Shown here piece after piece: positions 20,511 to 30,226 of a stretch of DNA of 64,000 nt. Every line of letters starts with the position of its first letter. The first letter of the stretch is position 1. The notes below the pieces were generated by a model, which worked only from the letters and a program-made list of their open reading frames with translations, was not told where the DNA came from and searched no databases. The position numbers were made by a program, and so were the translations under genes. The DNA lies in assembly GCA_965204725.1 (NCBI GenBank), contig OZ242005.1:3424001-3488000 (forward strand), in the 5' to 3' direction. Source of the stretch: Candidatus Latescibacterota bacterium (lineage in GTDB: Bacteria; Latescibacterota; UBA2968; UBA8231).

Positions 20511-21695
20511 ATGCAGTTTACCGAGCTCGATCTAGCCCCCCACATCCTCAGAGCACTCGACGAGATGGGCTACGAGGACATGACGCCCATCCAAGAACAA
20601 ACCGTTCCCCACATTATCGCCGGCAAAGACGTCATGGGCCTAGCCGAAACCGGCTCTGGCAAGACCGGCGCCTGTGCCATTCCCCTAATCCAAGCCACCG
20701 ACGTGTCGCTCAACGCCATCCAATTCCTCATCTTGGTCCCCACCCGCGAGTTGGCGCTCCAATACGTCCAAGAGGTGGACGAAATCGCCCAGTACTCAGG
20801 GGCTGTGCCGTTTGCCATCTACGGCGGCTTTGACATGGACATCCAAAAGGCCAAGCTCAACCACGGAGTCCACATCCTCGTGGCCACGCCCGGCCGCCTC
20901 ATCGACTTTATATGGAACCACAGCCTTGACTTGACCCAAGTCAAAACCGTGGTCCTCGACGAGGCGGACGAAATGCTCAAGATGGGATTTATCGAAGACG
21001 TAGATTTTATCATGTCCTGCATCATGCAGGAATACCAAACCCTGCTTTTTTCCGCGACCATGCCCCCAGAAATAGAGCGGCTGACCCAACAATACCTCAA
21101 GTCGCCTGAGCGCGTCCACCTCAACCGCCACCAGCGGGCACCCCAATCGCTGGCCCATCACTTCCTCCACGTCTCCCGCCGTCGCAACGACGCACTCGTC
21201 AATTACATCGAGGGCCAAGAGATCCAACAGGGTATCATATTCTGCAACTCGCGCGACAAAGCATCCGTCTTGTTCCGCGACCTCCAACGGCGCATCCGCT
21301 CGGTCGATATCATCCACGGCGGGCTAGACCAAGAGCGGCGCACCTCCATCTTCCGCCGCTTCCGCCAGCAGAAAATTCGCTTTATGGTCGCCACGGACGT
21401 GGCCGGGCGCGGCCTCGATTTTTCGCACGTCACCCACGTCATCAACTACGACTTTCCCTTTAACGCCGAAATCTACACCCACCGCACAGGCCGGGCCGGG
21501 CGCATGGGCCGGGTCGGCAAGGCCCTGACCTTGGTCGGCGACCGCGACCTCCGCGACCTCAAGCGCCTGCTCAACGCCAACCGCATCCACGCGCATTGGG
21601 AAGGGACTGCGCCCGACTTGGACGATGTGAAACGCAATGGCCGAGGACGCCGGCGAAGGCCGCGCGGCAGAAAACCCGCAGCCAAAGCCAACTAA
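20511..21695 (+). CDS. DEAD-box RNA helicase
   Basis: Q motif, AETGSGKT, PTRELA, DEAD, SAT, HRTGRAGR. Confidence 0.95.
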   Translation: MQFTELDLAPHILRALDEMGYEDMTPIQEQTVPHIIAGKDVMGLAETGSGKTGACAIPLIQATDVSLNAIQFLILVPTRELALQYVQEVDEIAQYSGAVPFAIYGGFDMDIQKAKLNHGVHILVATPGRLIDFIWNHSLDLTQVKTVVLDEADEMLKMGFIEDVDFIMSCIMQEYQTLLFSATMPPEIERLTQQYLKSPERVHLNRHQRAPQSLAHHFLHVSRRRNDALVNYIEGQEIQQGIIFCNSRDKASVLFRDLQRRIRSVDIIHGGLDQERRTSIFRRFRQQKIRFMVATDVAGRGLDFSHVTHVINYDFPFNAEIYTHRTGRAGRMGRVGKALTLVGDRDLRDLKRLLNANRIHAHWEGTAPDLDDVKRNGRGRRRRPRGRKPAAKAN

Positions 21696-21717
21696 GTGCT
21701 TTTCGCAACGCGGCCGG

Positions 21718-22488
21718 CTAATTGGCCTTTTCCAATTCGGGCAGCAGCACGTCCTTGACCCAGCCAAAATCCGGGTCGATTTCAAGCGCCTTTTCAAAGG
21801 CCGCACGCGCCGACTCTAGCTCGCCTCGGTCTTGGTACGCGAGGCCGAGCCAAGCGTAAGTGCGGCTGTGTCCCCATGTCGGTTGGATGGGATCGGTTGG
21901 CTCTTCGCGGGCAAAGAGTTCGGCCGCGCGCTGGAATCCTTGCAGGCCCTTTTCCTTGCTTCCACCAAACATTTTTGGGGTATTGAAAGCACTGATGGCC
22001 GCGCTCAGCATCACGCGCGGATTGTCGGGGGCGAGCTGTAGGGCTTTTTGGGCAGCCTTTCCTGCTCTGGGGCCTAAGACCATGCTCTTGACCGGGTTGA
22101 GGGCGATCTGTCTTCCGTACGCACTCGACAGCAGAGAATAGGCTTCGGCGGCTTGAGGATCGAGCCGGGTGGCCTCTTTCAAATGCTCGACAGCGGTTTT
22201 GAGATGTTCAGAGACCGCGTCTTTGTTTTGTTCGCCCGCGGCGAATAGGCGATCGGCGATGCGGTAATCGGCCAAGGCGATGTAGTAGTGGCCCCACGCG
22301 GTCGAGCTGGTATCGGCCAAGGCGCGCTCGAATGTGGCCCGCGCCGCGTACATCGCATCGAGGTCGCTCGCGTTTTCACCGGCTTGCAGCATCTGTTTTC
22401 CACTGACGAGGAGGCTGTCGCCCGATTGCGCGCGAGTGGGATAGGCGATAGAGGCGACAAAGACGAGGGAGAGCAGCAAACGTTGCAT
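21718..22488 (-). CDS. Secreted TPR protein
   Basis: AGGAG RBS, signal peptide, TPR helices and a PKMFGGS motif. Confidence 0.8.
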   Translation of the reverse strand: MQRLLLSLVFVASIAYPTRAQSGDSLLVSGKQMLQAGENASDLDAMYAARATFERALADTSSTAWGHYYIALADYRIADRLFAAGEQNKDAVSEHLKTAVEHLKEATRLDPQAAEAYSLLSSAYGRQIALNPVKSMVLGPRAGKAAQKALQLAPDNPRVMLSAAISAFNTPKMFGGSKEKGLQGFQRAAELFAREEPTDPIQPTWGHSRTYAWLGLAYQDRGELESARAAFEKALEIDPDFGWVKDVLLPELEKAN

Positions 22489-22526
22489 GGACGTTCTCCT
22501 GAGTAAGGGAATCGGGTTGGGCGGCT

Positions 22527-24775
22527 TTAGTAGTTTAAGGAGAAACTGGCCCCGAAGTATATGGAGCGGCGGAAATTGGTGGTACGCGGTTGGCGTTGGG
22601 TATAGTCAATGCTGTAATCGTAGTCGAGCACGTTGGCGCGGTTGAGCAGGTTGCCGATGGCCAAGTAGAAAACGGCTTGGTGGCCGCTACCAAAGAACAG
22701 CACGTAACTCAACTGCCCATCCAGCTCTTGAAACGACGGCAGACGCTGTGAGCCGACCGGCCCTCTATGGGGAGGTAGTAATTTTGGTCCGCTACTCGAA
22801 TGGCATCGATAACAGGGGTAATGGGCCGACCGGTGGCGTGTCTTAGGGTCAGGCCGCCGCTGAGTGCGCCGACGAGTCGCGCTTTGGCGACCAAGGTCAG
22901 GTTGTGGGTAATGTCAAAGGGCGAAGGGGCCACTTCGTACTCCATATCCATCCCATTATAGCGCACCTGCTCTCGGCGCGAGCGCAGCAGACTGTAGGCC
23001 ATCCACCCGCTCAAGCGCGTATTGAGAAAAGCGCCGTACTTGAGGAACAAATCGGCCCCCGAGGCCCGGCCCTCGCCTGTGTTGGCAACATGGACCGGAG
23101 CAGGATGGTCAATGACGAGGTTGCGATACGGTTTGTAGTAGAGTTCGAGTCGAGCGGTGAAGTGGTCGCGCTCGTGGTGTAAGCCGCTTACCCAGTGCTG
23201 GGCGCGTTGGGCCTTCAGCTTGGGGTTGCCGCTGGTCGGATTGTACTCAAACGGCGCGGCGAATTGGTGATAGATGCCCCAAGCGAGCCGCACACTCGTG
23301 TACTTGGATAGCAGGTATCGCGCAGACAGGCGCGGATCTACGACAAAACGGCCGGATAGATCGTGGTGGTCGGTACGCACCCCAACTTGGGCGACGATGC
23401 GGCGCATGAGTCTAAAATCGGTTTCAACATAGGCCCCCGTGCGCCTAGTGCTATAGGAGGTATCGAACTCAAAGACCGCTGCCCCGGGGTCGAGAATCTC
23501 TCTCTGCGGAAAACTGCCCAGCAATCGGTTCGCACTGTGTTCGCTTTCGGCCCCCAAGCGCACAGCCTTATCAGTGCCGAGGGGACGTTCTAGATCGGTG
23601 CGAACTTTGAGGGTCCAGTCGCGGGGCGTCAAGTCTAGGTTGCCTAGCTGCTGCCGGGCATTGTAGCGGTTGAGCGAGGCACTGGTCTGGATGCTCCAAC
23701 TGGCCCACTCTTCTGTCCACTGGAGGTTGTGCAAATAGCTGTCCGTGCGGCTGCGATAAAGGCCATTGAAGGAAGGCTCGACGACTTTCACCCCGAGGCG
23801 GTTGTTGGAGTTGAAGTTGAATAGCTTGAGGCGTCCAGTCGGCGAGTATTGGTACACTAGGTTGAGATTGCCGTCGTACCCACGCGGGGTAGTGGTAAAG
23901 GTGTTGCGGTAACCATTGACGCGAAACAGGAGATCGGTAAAGCCGAGGTTGCCGGTGAAGCGCAGGCCGAGCTTGTCGTCTATCAGCGGCAGGTCCAGTG
24001 CAAGCGAGCCGGCCGCGAGGCCCAAACCGAGCGTATAGCGCCGTTGCTCGGGCATGTTTTGACTTTCCATGGACAGCACCGCAGAAAGCGCGTTGCCATA
24101 GCGCGCCGAGAACCCGCCGGTGGAAAAGACCGTGCCCTGTACCATAAAGGGAGAAATCGTGCCAAATACTCCGCCGGTGGGCGATTCGTATCTATAGGGA
24201 TGCACCACCGTGGCTTGATCGAGCAAAACAACGGTCTCGCTCACATCGCCCCCGCGCACAAAAAGACCGGCCCCGTCATCTACGGTGGCAACGCCGGGAA
24301 AGGTCTTGACCGCGAGAAAAATATCGGCCGAGGCCCCAGCCGTCGTCACTACGTCCAAAGGCGAGAGCGTGACGGTCTCATCCTCTCCGGTGGTATAAGT
24401 GCTCACTGAGACGACGGTTTCCCCGAGCTCGATGAGGGCGAACCTGAGTATTAAGCGAACCGTTGCGGTGTCGCCAGCGACTAAGTGCATGGTTTGCCGG
24501 GTAGGCTCAAAGCCGATGCAGGAGGCACTCAGGTCGTGTTGCCCGAGGTGGCGCGTGGAAAAGGCAAAGCGGCCGTCGCGCCCGGTTGTCGCGCCGGCTG
24601 TGGTCCCGACGATTTGTACATTGGCAAAGGCAACCGGCTGTCCAGTTTCATCGACGACCCGTCCCTGTACGAGGGCCACGCTCTCAGCAAAGGTTGGGCC
24701 GCCGTGCAGACCGACGAGCAGGAGAACCCAGAACAGGACCAGCGCGGCCTGTCGGGCGGTGCATCTTCTATCCAT
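22527..24775 (-). pseudogene. TonB-dependent receptor with a frameshift near 22760
   Basis: Carboxypeptidase-like N-domain and plug (LFVRGGD, GGFSARYGNALS). Adding one base near 22760 gives EGPVGSQRLPSFQELDGQLSY...GNLLNRAN...YFGASFSLNY, joining ORFs 22709..24775 and 22527..22712. Confidence 0.8.
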
Positions 24776-24781
24776 TGCGTC

Positions 24782-24990
24782 CTAATGGTCCAATCCCGGC
24801 AATAAGTGGTCTTTTACCCAGCCGTTGTTGGGGTTCACTTCAAGAGCTTTGACAAAGGCTTGCCGCGCCCCTTCGGGGTCGCCGGTCTCCTGACGCATGA
24901 TGCCGAGGTGGACACAGGCTTCGTCGTAGCCCCAAGAGGGTTGGAAGGGGTCGCGGATTTCCTCTTTGGCGAACAACTCAAGGGCTTGAT
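24782..24990 (-). pseudogene. 3' remnant of a TPR gene paralogous to 21718..22488
   Basis: QALELFAKEEIRDPFQPSWG...KALEVNPNNGWVKDHLLP aligns with RAAELFAREEPTDPIQPTWG...KALEIDPDFGWVKDVLLP; the 5' part is absent. Confidence 0.75.
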
Positions 24991-24998
24991 CCGGAAGA

Positions 24999-25700
24999 CT
25001 AGCCGATACTGCCTAGGGCAGCGGCGAAGGAAAGCCAAACAATCGTTATGATACCAACTCCAGCGTAGGCTTTGCGGCGATCAAACTGCCCGATAATAGA
25101 CAGGCCGAGACCAGTGATTACAACGCTCCAAACGACAAAGGGATCAATGAGAGACAATAAGTGCCCACTGAAGCTTCGGAGAGCCTCTTCGGAGAGGAAC
25201 ACCCCCAAGCCTATTTGCACTAGCGGTGTCTCTGTGGCCAATATTAGCAATGTCTTGACAATATGTTGGGGGATATTTATCAACCCCGCATAGACTACTA
25301 TGGTTAGGACTTGTCCGTAGGAGAGCAGGCCGCCTAGTAATTTACCCACCAGTAGGCAAAGCGCGGCAAATATAAAAATAAAAACGAAAAGCACAATAGG
25401 TGTAACGATCAGAGTACTAGCCTGCATGATGCCTTGGGTTCGGTATTGCTCCACTATCTTGCGCTCTTCGTCGGATATGCCCTGCATCCGTTGCTGCATG
25501 ACTTCTCGGTTGAATTCAGCCGTAAAGGGCAGGATAAGCACAGCGGCAATCGTGGCAACTACAACGTTCAAAGTAGCAGGCACAAGCCAGTCGGCAGCAC
25601 TGCGCTTGCGGGCGAGGGATTCAAAGGTTTCTCTCGGCGTGTAGAAGAGGCGAATCATGCGGTTGATGAGGCCGATTTCGGCTTGGGATGTAGGTTCCAT
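24999..25700 (-). CDS. Yip1-family membrane protein
   Basis: AAGGAGG RBS; LFYTPRETFESL N-terminal motif, about five TM helices, IDPF.VW motif. Confidence 0.8.
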   Translation of the reverse strand: MEPTSQAEIGLINRMIRLFYTPRETFESLARKRSAADWLVPATLNVVVATIAAVLILPFTAEFNREVMQQRMQGISDEERKIVEQYRTQGIMQASTLIVTPIVLFVFIFIFAALCLLVGKLLGGLLSYGQVLTIVVYAGLINIPQHIVKTLLILATETPLVQIGLGVFLSEEALRSFSGHLLSLIDPFVVWSVVITGLGLSIIGQFDRRKAYAGVGIITIVWLSFAAALGSIG

Positions 25701-25824
25701 GAAGACTCCTCCTTATTAAAAGAGATGAGTTTATCTCTATAACATCGTATTTACTAAAAACGTGTTTGACATATAGCAGACGAACCATAAACTAAAATGG
25801 GACCGAGGATTTTTCTAGTACCAA

Positions 25825-26628
25825 TTAAGGTTGAGCTGGTATAAAGGCTGATAGCTCCAGAGCCAAAACTGACATATTGCGTATAAAGTGGTATATAATG
25901 GAAGGATAAAGGGAGCGTGTTCCCTGATACAAAAAAAACGAAAGACTCTGTGTCATAAACGTAACGATAAATTCCCTTAGATGTTCCTCTGAAAACGGAG
26001 AGTAATGGTGGTAGCTGAAGATGAACGCGGTAATAGTGAAACCGAGAACGAACCCCAATCGATTTCTCAAAGCAGGGAATATCAGGCCGGTAAAATATGC
26101 CTCCTCTATAACAGGGGCAATCAGTAAAACGCGAACTGAGTGTGGAATGATAAGGAGAAATATAGTACGAGATTTTTCGTCCCAGTCGGCTTCCTCAGTC
26201 CAAGGTGTTAGAATGGGATTGGGATTTATTAAGTGGATATCAATTCCCTGGAGCTTCATGTAAAGGAAAAAGGCCAATACACTTACTCCGGATATCAACA
26301 ATAAAAAGTTAAATTTTAAAACGAACTTTTTTGATTCTCTGGGAATTTGAATGGACAATCCCAGTGTTTGGGTGTTTAGATCCTGTTTTTCTATTTTGGA
26401 GAATGCTACGACAACCAAAATAAGTAGAACATAAGGAATAGTACATAATAATACGAGAAGGTAGTCGCTCAAAGCGAATAGATTAAGTATAGTATCGACA
26501 GTATAGCGAAAGAAAAAGAACATAAAAATGGCTAGTAGAAAGGTAGAAAACATTCTACATCGTATATTTTCAAACTTTCTGGTAAATACGGAATAAATGT
26601 ATTGGTCCATTGTATGGATTTTTTTCAT
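25825..26628 (-). CDS. CPBP/Abi (CAAX protease-like) intramembrane metalloprotease
   Basis: APVIEEAYFTG, F..HH and SLYPSIIYHFIRN motifs; start uncertain (26628 follows AGGTG). Confidence 0.85.
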   Translation of the reverse strand: MKKIHTMDQYIYSVFTRKFENIRCRMFSTFLLAIFMFFFFRYTVDTILNLFALSDYLLVLLCTIPYVLLILVVVAFSKIEKQDLNTQTLGLSIQIPRESKKFVLKFNFLLLISGVSVLAFFLYMKLQGIDIHLINPNPILTPWTEEADWDEKSRTIFLLIIPHSVRVLLIAPVIEEAYFTGLIFPALRNRLGFVLGFTITAFIFSYHHYSPFSEEHLREFIVTFMTQSLSFFLYQGTRSLYPSIIYHFIRNMSVLALELSAFIPAQP

Positions 26629-26668
26629 GAATACACCTGCTTCTTCCATTAGTTGCTGGCGAAGACTT

Positions 26669-26704
26669 TGAGCTACCAGTCTCGATAAGGAGACTGGTAG
26701 CTCA
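26669..26704 (-). terminator. Perfect 15-bp hairpin downstream of the precursor gene (terminator or mRNA stabiliser)
   Basis: TGAGCTACCAGTCTC-gataag-GAGACTGGTAGCTCA; no U-tract on the minus (sense) strand. Confidence 0.7.
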
Positions 26705-26706
26705 TC

Positions 26707-27110
26707 CATTCACCATGTAGAGGTTGTGGGTTTCATCTAGGTTGGCTTCTTACTGATTTTGTTTGTTGTTTTTCAGGCTTCTTACGGATTGCGGGCGTAT
26801 GATGCTTCTCGGTCTTGCCTTGAAGACTCTAGGGTACCGTAGAGGGCCATCGCAGCAGCTGTGAGGGCGACGTCAGCCGCTAAAGCAATTCCTATTATTG
26901 CCCAAGGAATAGCTCCCCCTTTGATATCTCGAGCTTCAGAAGACGTAATAGGTTTTGAAACGATCTCACTGTTGCTCGGTGCGATACTATAGGCGCACAA
27001 ACCCAAGGCTGTCGCCAGAGCTGTTACACCTTTAGTTTTGATAAGTTTAGTCATGATGTTCTCCTTTCTTTAGGAAGAAGATGACAACCCTTACCTCCAC
27101 ATGGTGAATG
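26707..27110. repeat. 32-nt imperfect inverted repeat enclosing the precursor gene
   Basis: Arms 26707-26738 CATTCACCATGTAGAGGTTGTGGGTTTCATCT and 27079-27110 AGATGACAACCCTTACCTCCACATGGTGAATG. Confidence 0.85.
26782..27054 (-). CDS. Putative RiPP/bacteriocin precursor with double-glycine leader
   Basis: AAGGAG RBS; ITSSEARDIKGG fits LsxxELxxIxGG; hydrophobic 43-aa core AIPWAIIGIALAADVALTAAAMALYG...; adjacent to a C39 peptidase. Confidence 0.8.
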   Translation of the reverse strand: MTKLIKTKGVTALATALGLCAYSIAPSNSEIVSKPITSSEARDIKGGAIPWAIIGIALAADVALTAAAMALYGTLESSRQDREASYARNP

Positions 27111-27112
27111 TT

Positions 27113-27658
27113 TTATTTTTTTGTCAATATCAAAATCTCTCCTTTCCATATACGATTGAATGCCCCTTTTCCAATTCTGAGCCTGCCAATGGCTGGATCT
27201 CTCAAGATGACCTCACCATGTTCATCGATTCGGTCTAACACCGCAAAGTGATCATCCTCAATAAAGACCACTGCCGGAAGCGGTTTGCTTTCTAGGTCAT
27301 CTATATTTAGTCTCCAAGCTTCAGCATGTACTCCTTGACTTTCGGCGTATTTCATCAGGTCGAATAAGGAAGAACCTGTCTCGTCCAGTCTAATCATGTC
27401 TTCAATATCTGTAAGATCTTGGTCTATACCTAGGCTATCCAAAACCATTTTAAGAGCTACAGGACCACAATTCATTTTACGTGTCTGTAGAATGACTCCT
27501 TCTGTCCCTTCGTATTCCGCACCTTTCAACCATGCCGCCAAGTTACGGTATATGGTTTCACTCGTAATGGATACGGCGACTAATTGCAAGCTAGAAGCAA
27601 AAAAGATGACTAATACTATTGCCGCTCCAATCGTTAATTTACTTTTCCAAAGCGTCAT
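27113..27658 (-). CDS. Stand-alone C39 cysteine peptidase with N-terminal TM or signal segment
   Basis: LQTRKMNCGPVAL (Gln, Cys), DHFAVL (His), LRDPAIG (Asp); no ABC domains. Confidence 0.9.
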   Translation of the reverse strand: MTLWKSKLTIGAAIVLVIFFASSLQLVAVSITSETIYRNLAAWLKGAEYEGTEGVILQTRKMNCGPVALKMVLDSLGIDQDLTDIEDMIRLDETGSSLFDLMKYAESQGVHAEAWRLNIDDLESKPLPAVVFIEDDHFAVLDRIDEHGEVILRDPAIGRLRIGKGAFNRIWKGEILILTKK

Positions 27659-27676
27659 ACTTGATATAAATTATTA

Positions 27677-30226
27677 CTATCCTTTTGCGAAGGTATCGTC
27701 TGTGATATTACACTGTAGTGCTGGTTCCTGAACAGTCTTTATCTTTTCTTCGACTCGATTAGCATAGTCATACATATCTATTCCGACGAAAATTTTTGAT
27801 GCCATCATCCACAAAGCAATAGCTTTTGCTTTTGACTCTTTTTGGGCAGCCACATCTCCCATACCTGTATAGGCAAGTCCTTGTCCTAGTTCGTCACCTA
27901 TCCTTTTGCATATAGACAGAGCTCTACCATAACAAGCTTCAGCTTCACTCCATTGTCCTCTAAGCTGATGTATCTCGCCCAGACTAGCAAGTCCGTAGGC
28001 GGATCCCTTTTCGTCATCCTCAGCTTCGTATATCCCCAGTGCAGTCCTCTGCTCTTGGTACGCGTCTTCATATTGTCCGCATTGGATATATACGAGACTT
28101 AAAGTAGTTCGGGCTGTAGCAATAGCTTGCTGATTAGGCGAGTCTGGAGTAAGGCGTAGGTAATCGCATAAGAATTCCTTGGCTTTATCAAATTTTTTAC
28201 TATGAGCATACAATTTTCCGAGAGATAAATAGCACTCATTCACATCGGATGACATACCTATACGTTCAAATAGACCTATCGAGTGATGCAGGTAGGATTC
28301 TGCCAGAGGGAAATCTCCGCGATAGAAATGTACATTCGCTAGTATTTTATATGAGTACGCTTTTCCCTTTTCATCCGCCAAGCTTTGGTTAGCCTCTAAG
28401 GCAGCTTTGCCGTACTCTAGTGCTTTTTCCATATTTCCCATTAGAAGGTGTATCGAAGAAAATAATCCATAATGTAATGCCAATCCCTCTTTTCTATTCG
28501 CCTTTTTGTCTATATCAATAGCCTGTTCCAGTAGAGTATGTGCTTCGTAAATACGGCCTTGGATTTTTCTCAAATTTGCAAGCGAATTGTACTGGTTAGC
28601 AATCCCCTCGGAGTCTCCGATTTCTTTGTAAATAGCTAAAGATTCCTCGTAAAGTTTCTCTGCTGAATTCAAGTCGTCTTTTAGAAGATGCACAGTACCC
28701 AAGTTGCTAGTAACTAAGGCATAATCTTCTCGACAACTTATTTTTTTGTGAAGACTCTGTGCTTTTATATAAAAATCCTCAGCTTCGGCGAGATTTCCTT
28801 GTAGCTGCGTGATAAATCCTTTGCAGGTATATCCTACAGCTAGCTTCCTCTTACTTTTATCATCCCCAGTTTGTGAAAAAATTGATATGGCCTCATCATA
28901 GCATTGACTCGCCTTATCTAATTCGCCTTTCAGCTCGCAAACCTTACCTTGGGAGATCAGTATGTTAGCCAATCCTGTAGTTGTTCCACCCCGAAGCCGA
29001 TTAACTTCTTTGGCCAATTCGATTTGAGATAAGGCAGATTCTAGACGACCGTTCTGCCAGTGCTCGTCAGCAGAGGCTAAAATAATTTCCCATTCTTCAG
29101 GATCACCTTGCTGATCAACCCGTTTGGCTACCTCGCTTTCAGTAGGGCTAAATTTGCAATGAGTAGGAAGCTCGGTCTCTAGGTTGAGCTGTGGGAGCAC
29201 ATCCAAGACCTCTTGATACTCTTTCCTGTCTGTTGCAGAGATCGTTCGATAGATATGGTCAAATTCAATCAGACTGTCTATAACTGACTCCTCTGGAAGA
29301 AAAGGATTAGGCCACAGATGCGCCCACCAGAAGTGGATCAGACGCACCAAGGGATCGCTATGTTTGCAGGCTATGTACTCAACCGCGGCGTATCGCTTCA
29401 CGCTTTCTGCTTTTGCCTTCTCAGGATCGGAGAAATTATGAGGATGGTACAGGTGATAAGAAGAGGCTTGGACACTGATAAATTGTCCACCTGTCGCCCC
29501 TAGGCGGTAGCCAAGTTCCCACCCTTCACAGAAAGGTATGGCATCATCGAATCCCCCTACTTTTTCTAGCAGCTTTAACGGTATGGCCATATTGTGAGGG
29601 TATAACCCAATCCAGCCTAGGGCCGGTTCTGCGACAGTTTCGTAAAGATCGTGAAATTCTCTCTGTATAGTACGGACTTCTTCAAACGGATAGCCTCCTT
29701 CCACTGCTTTTTCGATAATACTATCGAACTCATTGCACACCATACTCTCTGTGACAATCATCTTATCTCGATGTAGAGCCAAGAACCGGCGCAGTGAATA
29801 AGGCAGTGAGGTATCGAAAGGTGAACCTGTCTGAGGATCTTGGAAATACTCTAGGTCGGGAAGGACATATTGACAGCCACATAATACTGATTTCTGACCA
29901 TTCTCTTTATAGGCTTCTAAGTAGCACTGGAGTAGTTCCGGGGCTGGTAGTGCATCTCCATCTAGGAAAACGACTAATGAACCGCATGCTCGCTCAACCC
30001 CTCTATTTCGTGCTCGACACCGGCCCTGATTCGTTTCAAAATATTCAACTTTGAGATTGTGCATCTTCAGTGATTCTAGCATTGCTCCAGTGCCGTCGGT
30101 AGAACCGTCGTCAACCACTATTACTTCAAAACGATCACTTGGAATATTCTGATTTTCTAAGCCACTTAACACGAGACGGAGGCGTTCTTTCTGGTTATAC
30201 GTGGCTACGATTACACTTGTATCCAT
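27677..30226 (-). CDS. Family 2 glycosyltransferase fused to a TPR array
   Basis: SVIVATYN, EVIVVDDGSTD, ARNRG, FLDGD, GGFDD, then many TPRs; ATG overlaps the upstream stop (TAATG). Confidence 0.9.
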   Translation of the reverse strand: MDTSVIVATYNQKERLRLVLSGLENQNIPSDRFEVIVVDDGSTDGTGAMLESLKMHNLKVEYFETNQGRCRARNRGVERACGSLVVFLDGDALPAPELLQCYLEAYKENGQKSVLCGCQYVLPDLEYFQDPQTGSPFDTSLPYSLRRFLALHRDKMIVTESMVCNEFDSIIEKAVEGGYPFEEVRTIQREFHDLYETVAEPALGWIGLYPHNMAIPLKLLEKVGGFDDAIPFCEGWELGYRLGATGGQFISVQASSYHLYHPHNFSDPEKAKAESVKRYAAVEYIACKHSDPLVRLIHFWWAHLWPNPFLPEESVIDSLIEFDHIYRTISATDRKEYQEVLDVLPQLNLETELPTHCKFSPTESEVAKRVDQQGDPEEWEIILASADEHWQNGRLESALSQIELAKEVNRLRGGTTTGLANILISQGKVCELKGELDKASQCYDEAISIFSQTGDDKSKRKLAVGYTCKGFITQLQGNLAEAEDFYIKAQSLHKKISCREDYALVTSNLGTVHLLKDDLNSAEKLYEESLAIYKEIGDSEGIANQYNSLANLRKIQGRIYEAHTLLEQAIDIDKKANRKEGLALHYGLFSSIHLLMGNMEKALEYGKAALEANQSLADEKGKAYSYKILANVHFYRGDFPLAESYLHHSIGLFERIGMSSDVNECYLSLGKLYAHSKKFDKAKEFLCDYLRLTPDSPNQQAIATARTTLSLVYIQCGQYEDAYQEQRTALGIYEAEDDEKGSAYGLASLGEIHQLRGQWSEAEACYGRALSICKRIGDELGQGLAYTGMGDVAAQKESKAKAIALWMMASKIFVGIDMYDYANRVEEKIKTVQEPALQCNITDDTFAKG

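Noticed and set aside
26782-27054. Classical glycocin, lanthipeptide or lasso peptide assignment
   Set aside because: The core has no Cys; no LanB/C/M, lasso cyclase or disulfide oxidoreductase is present.
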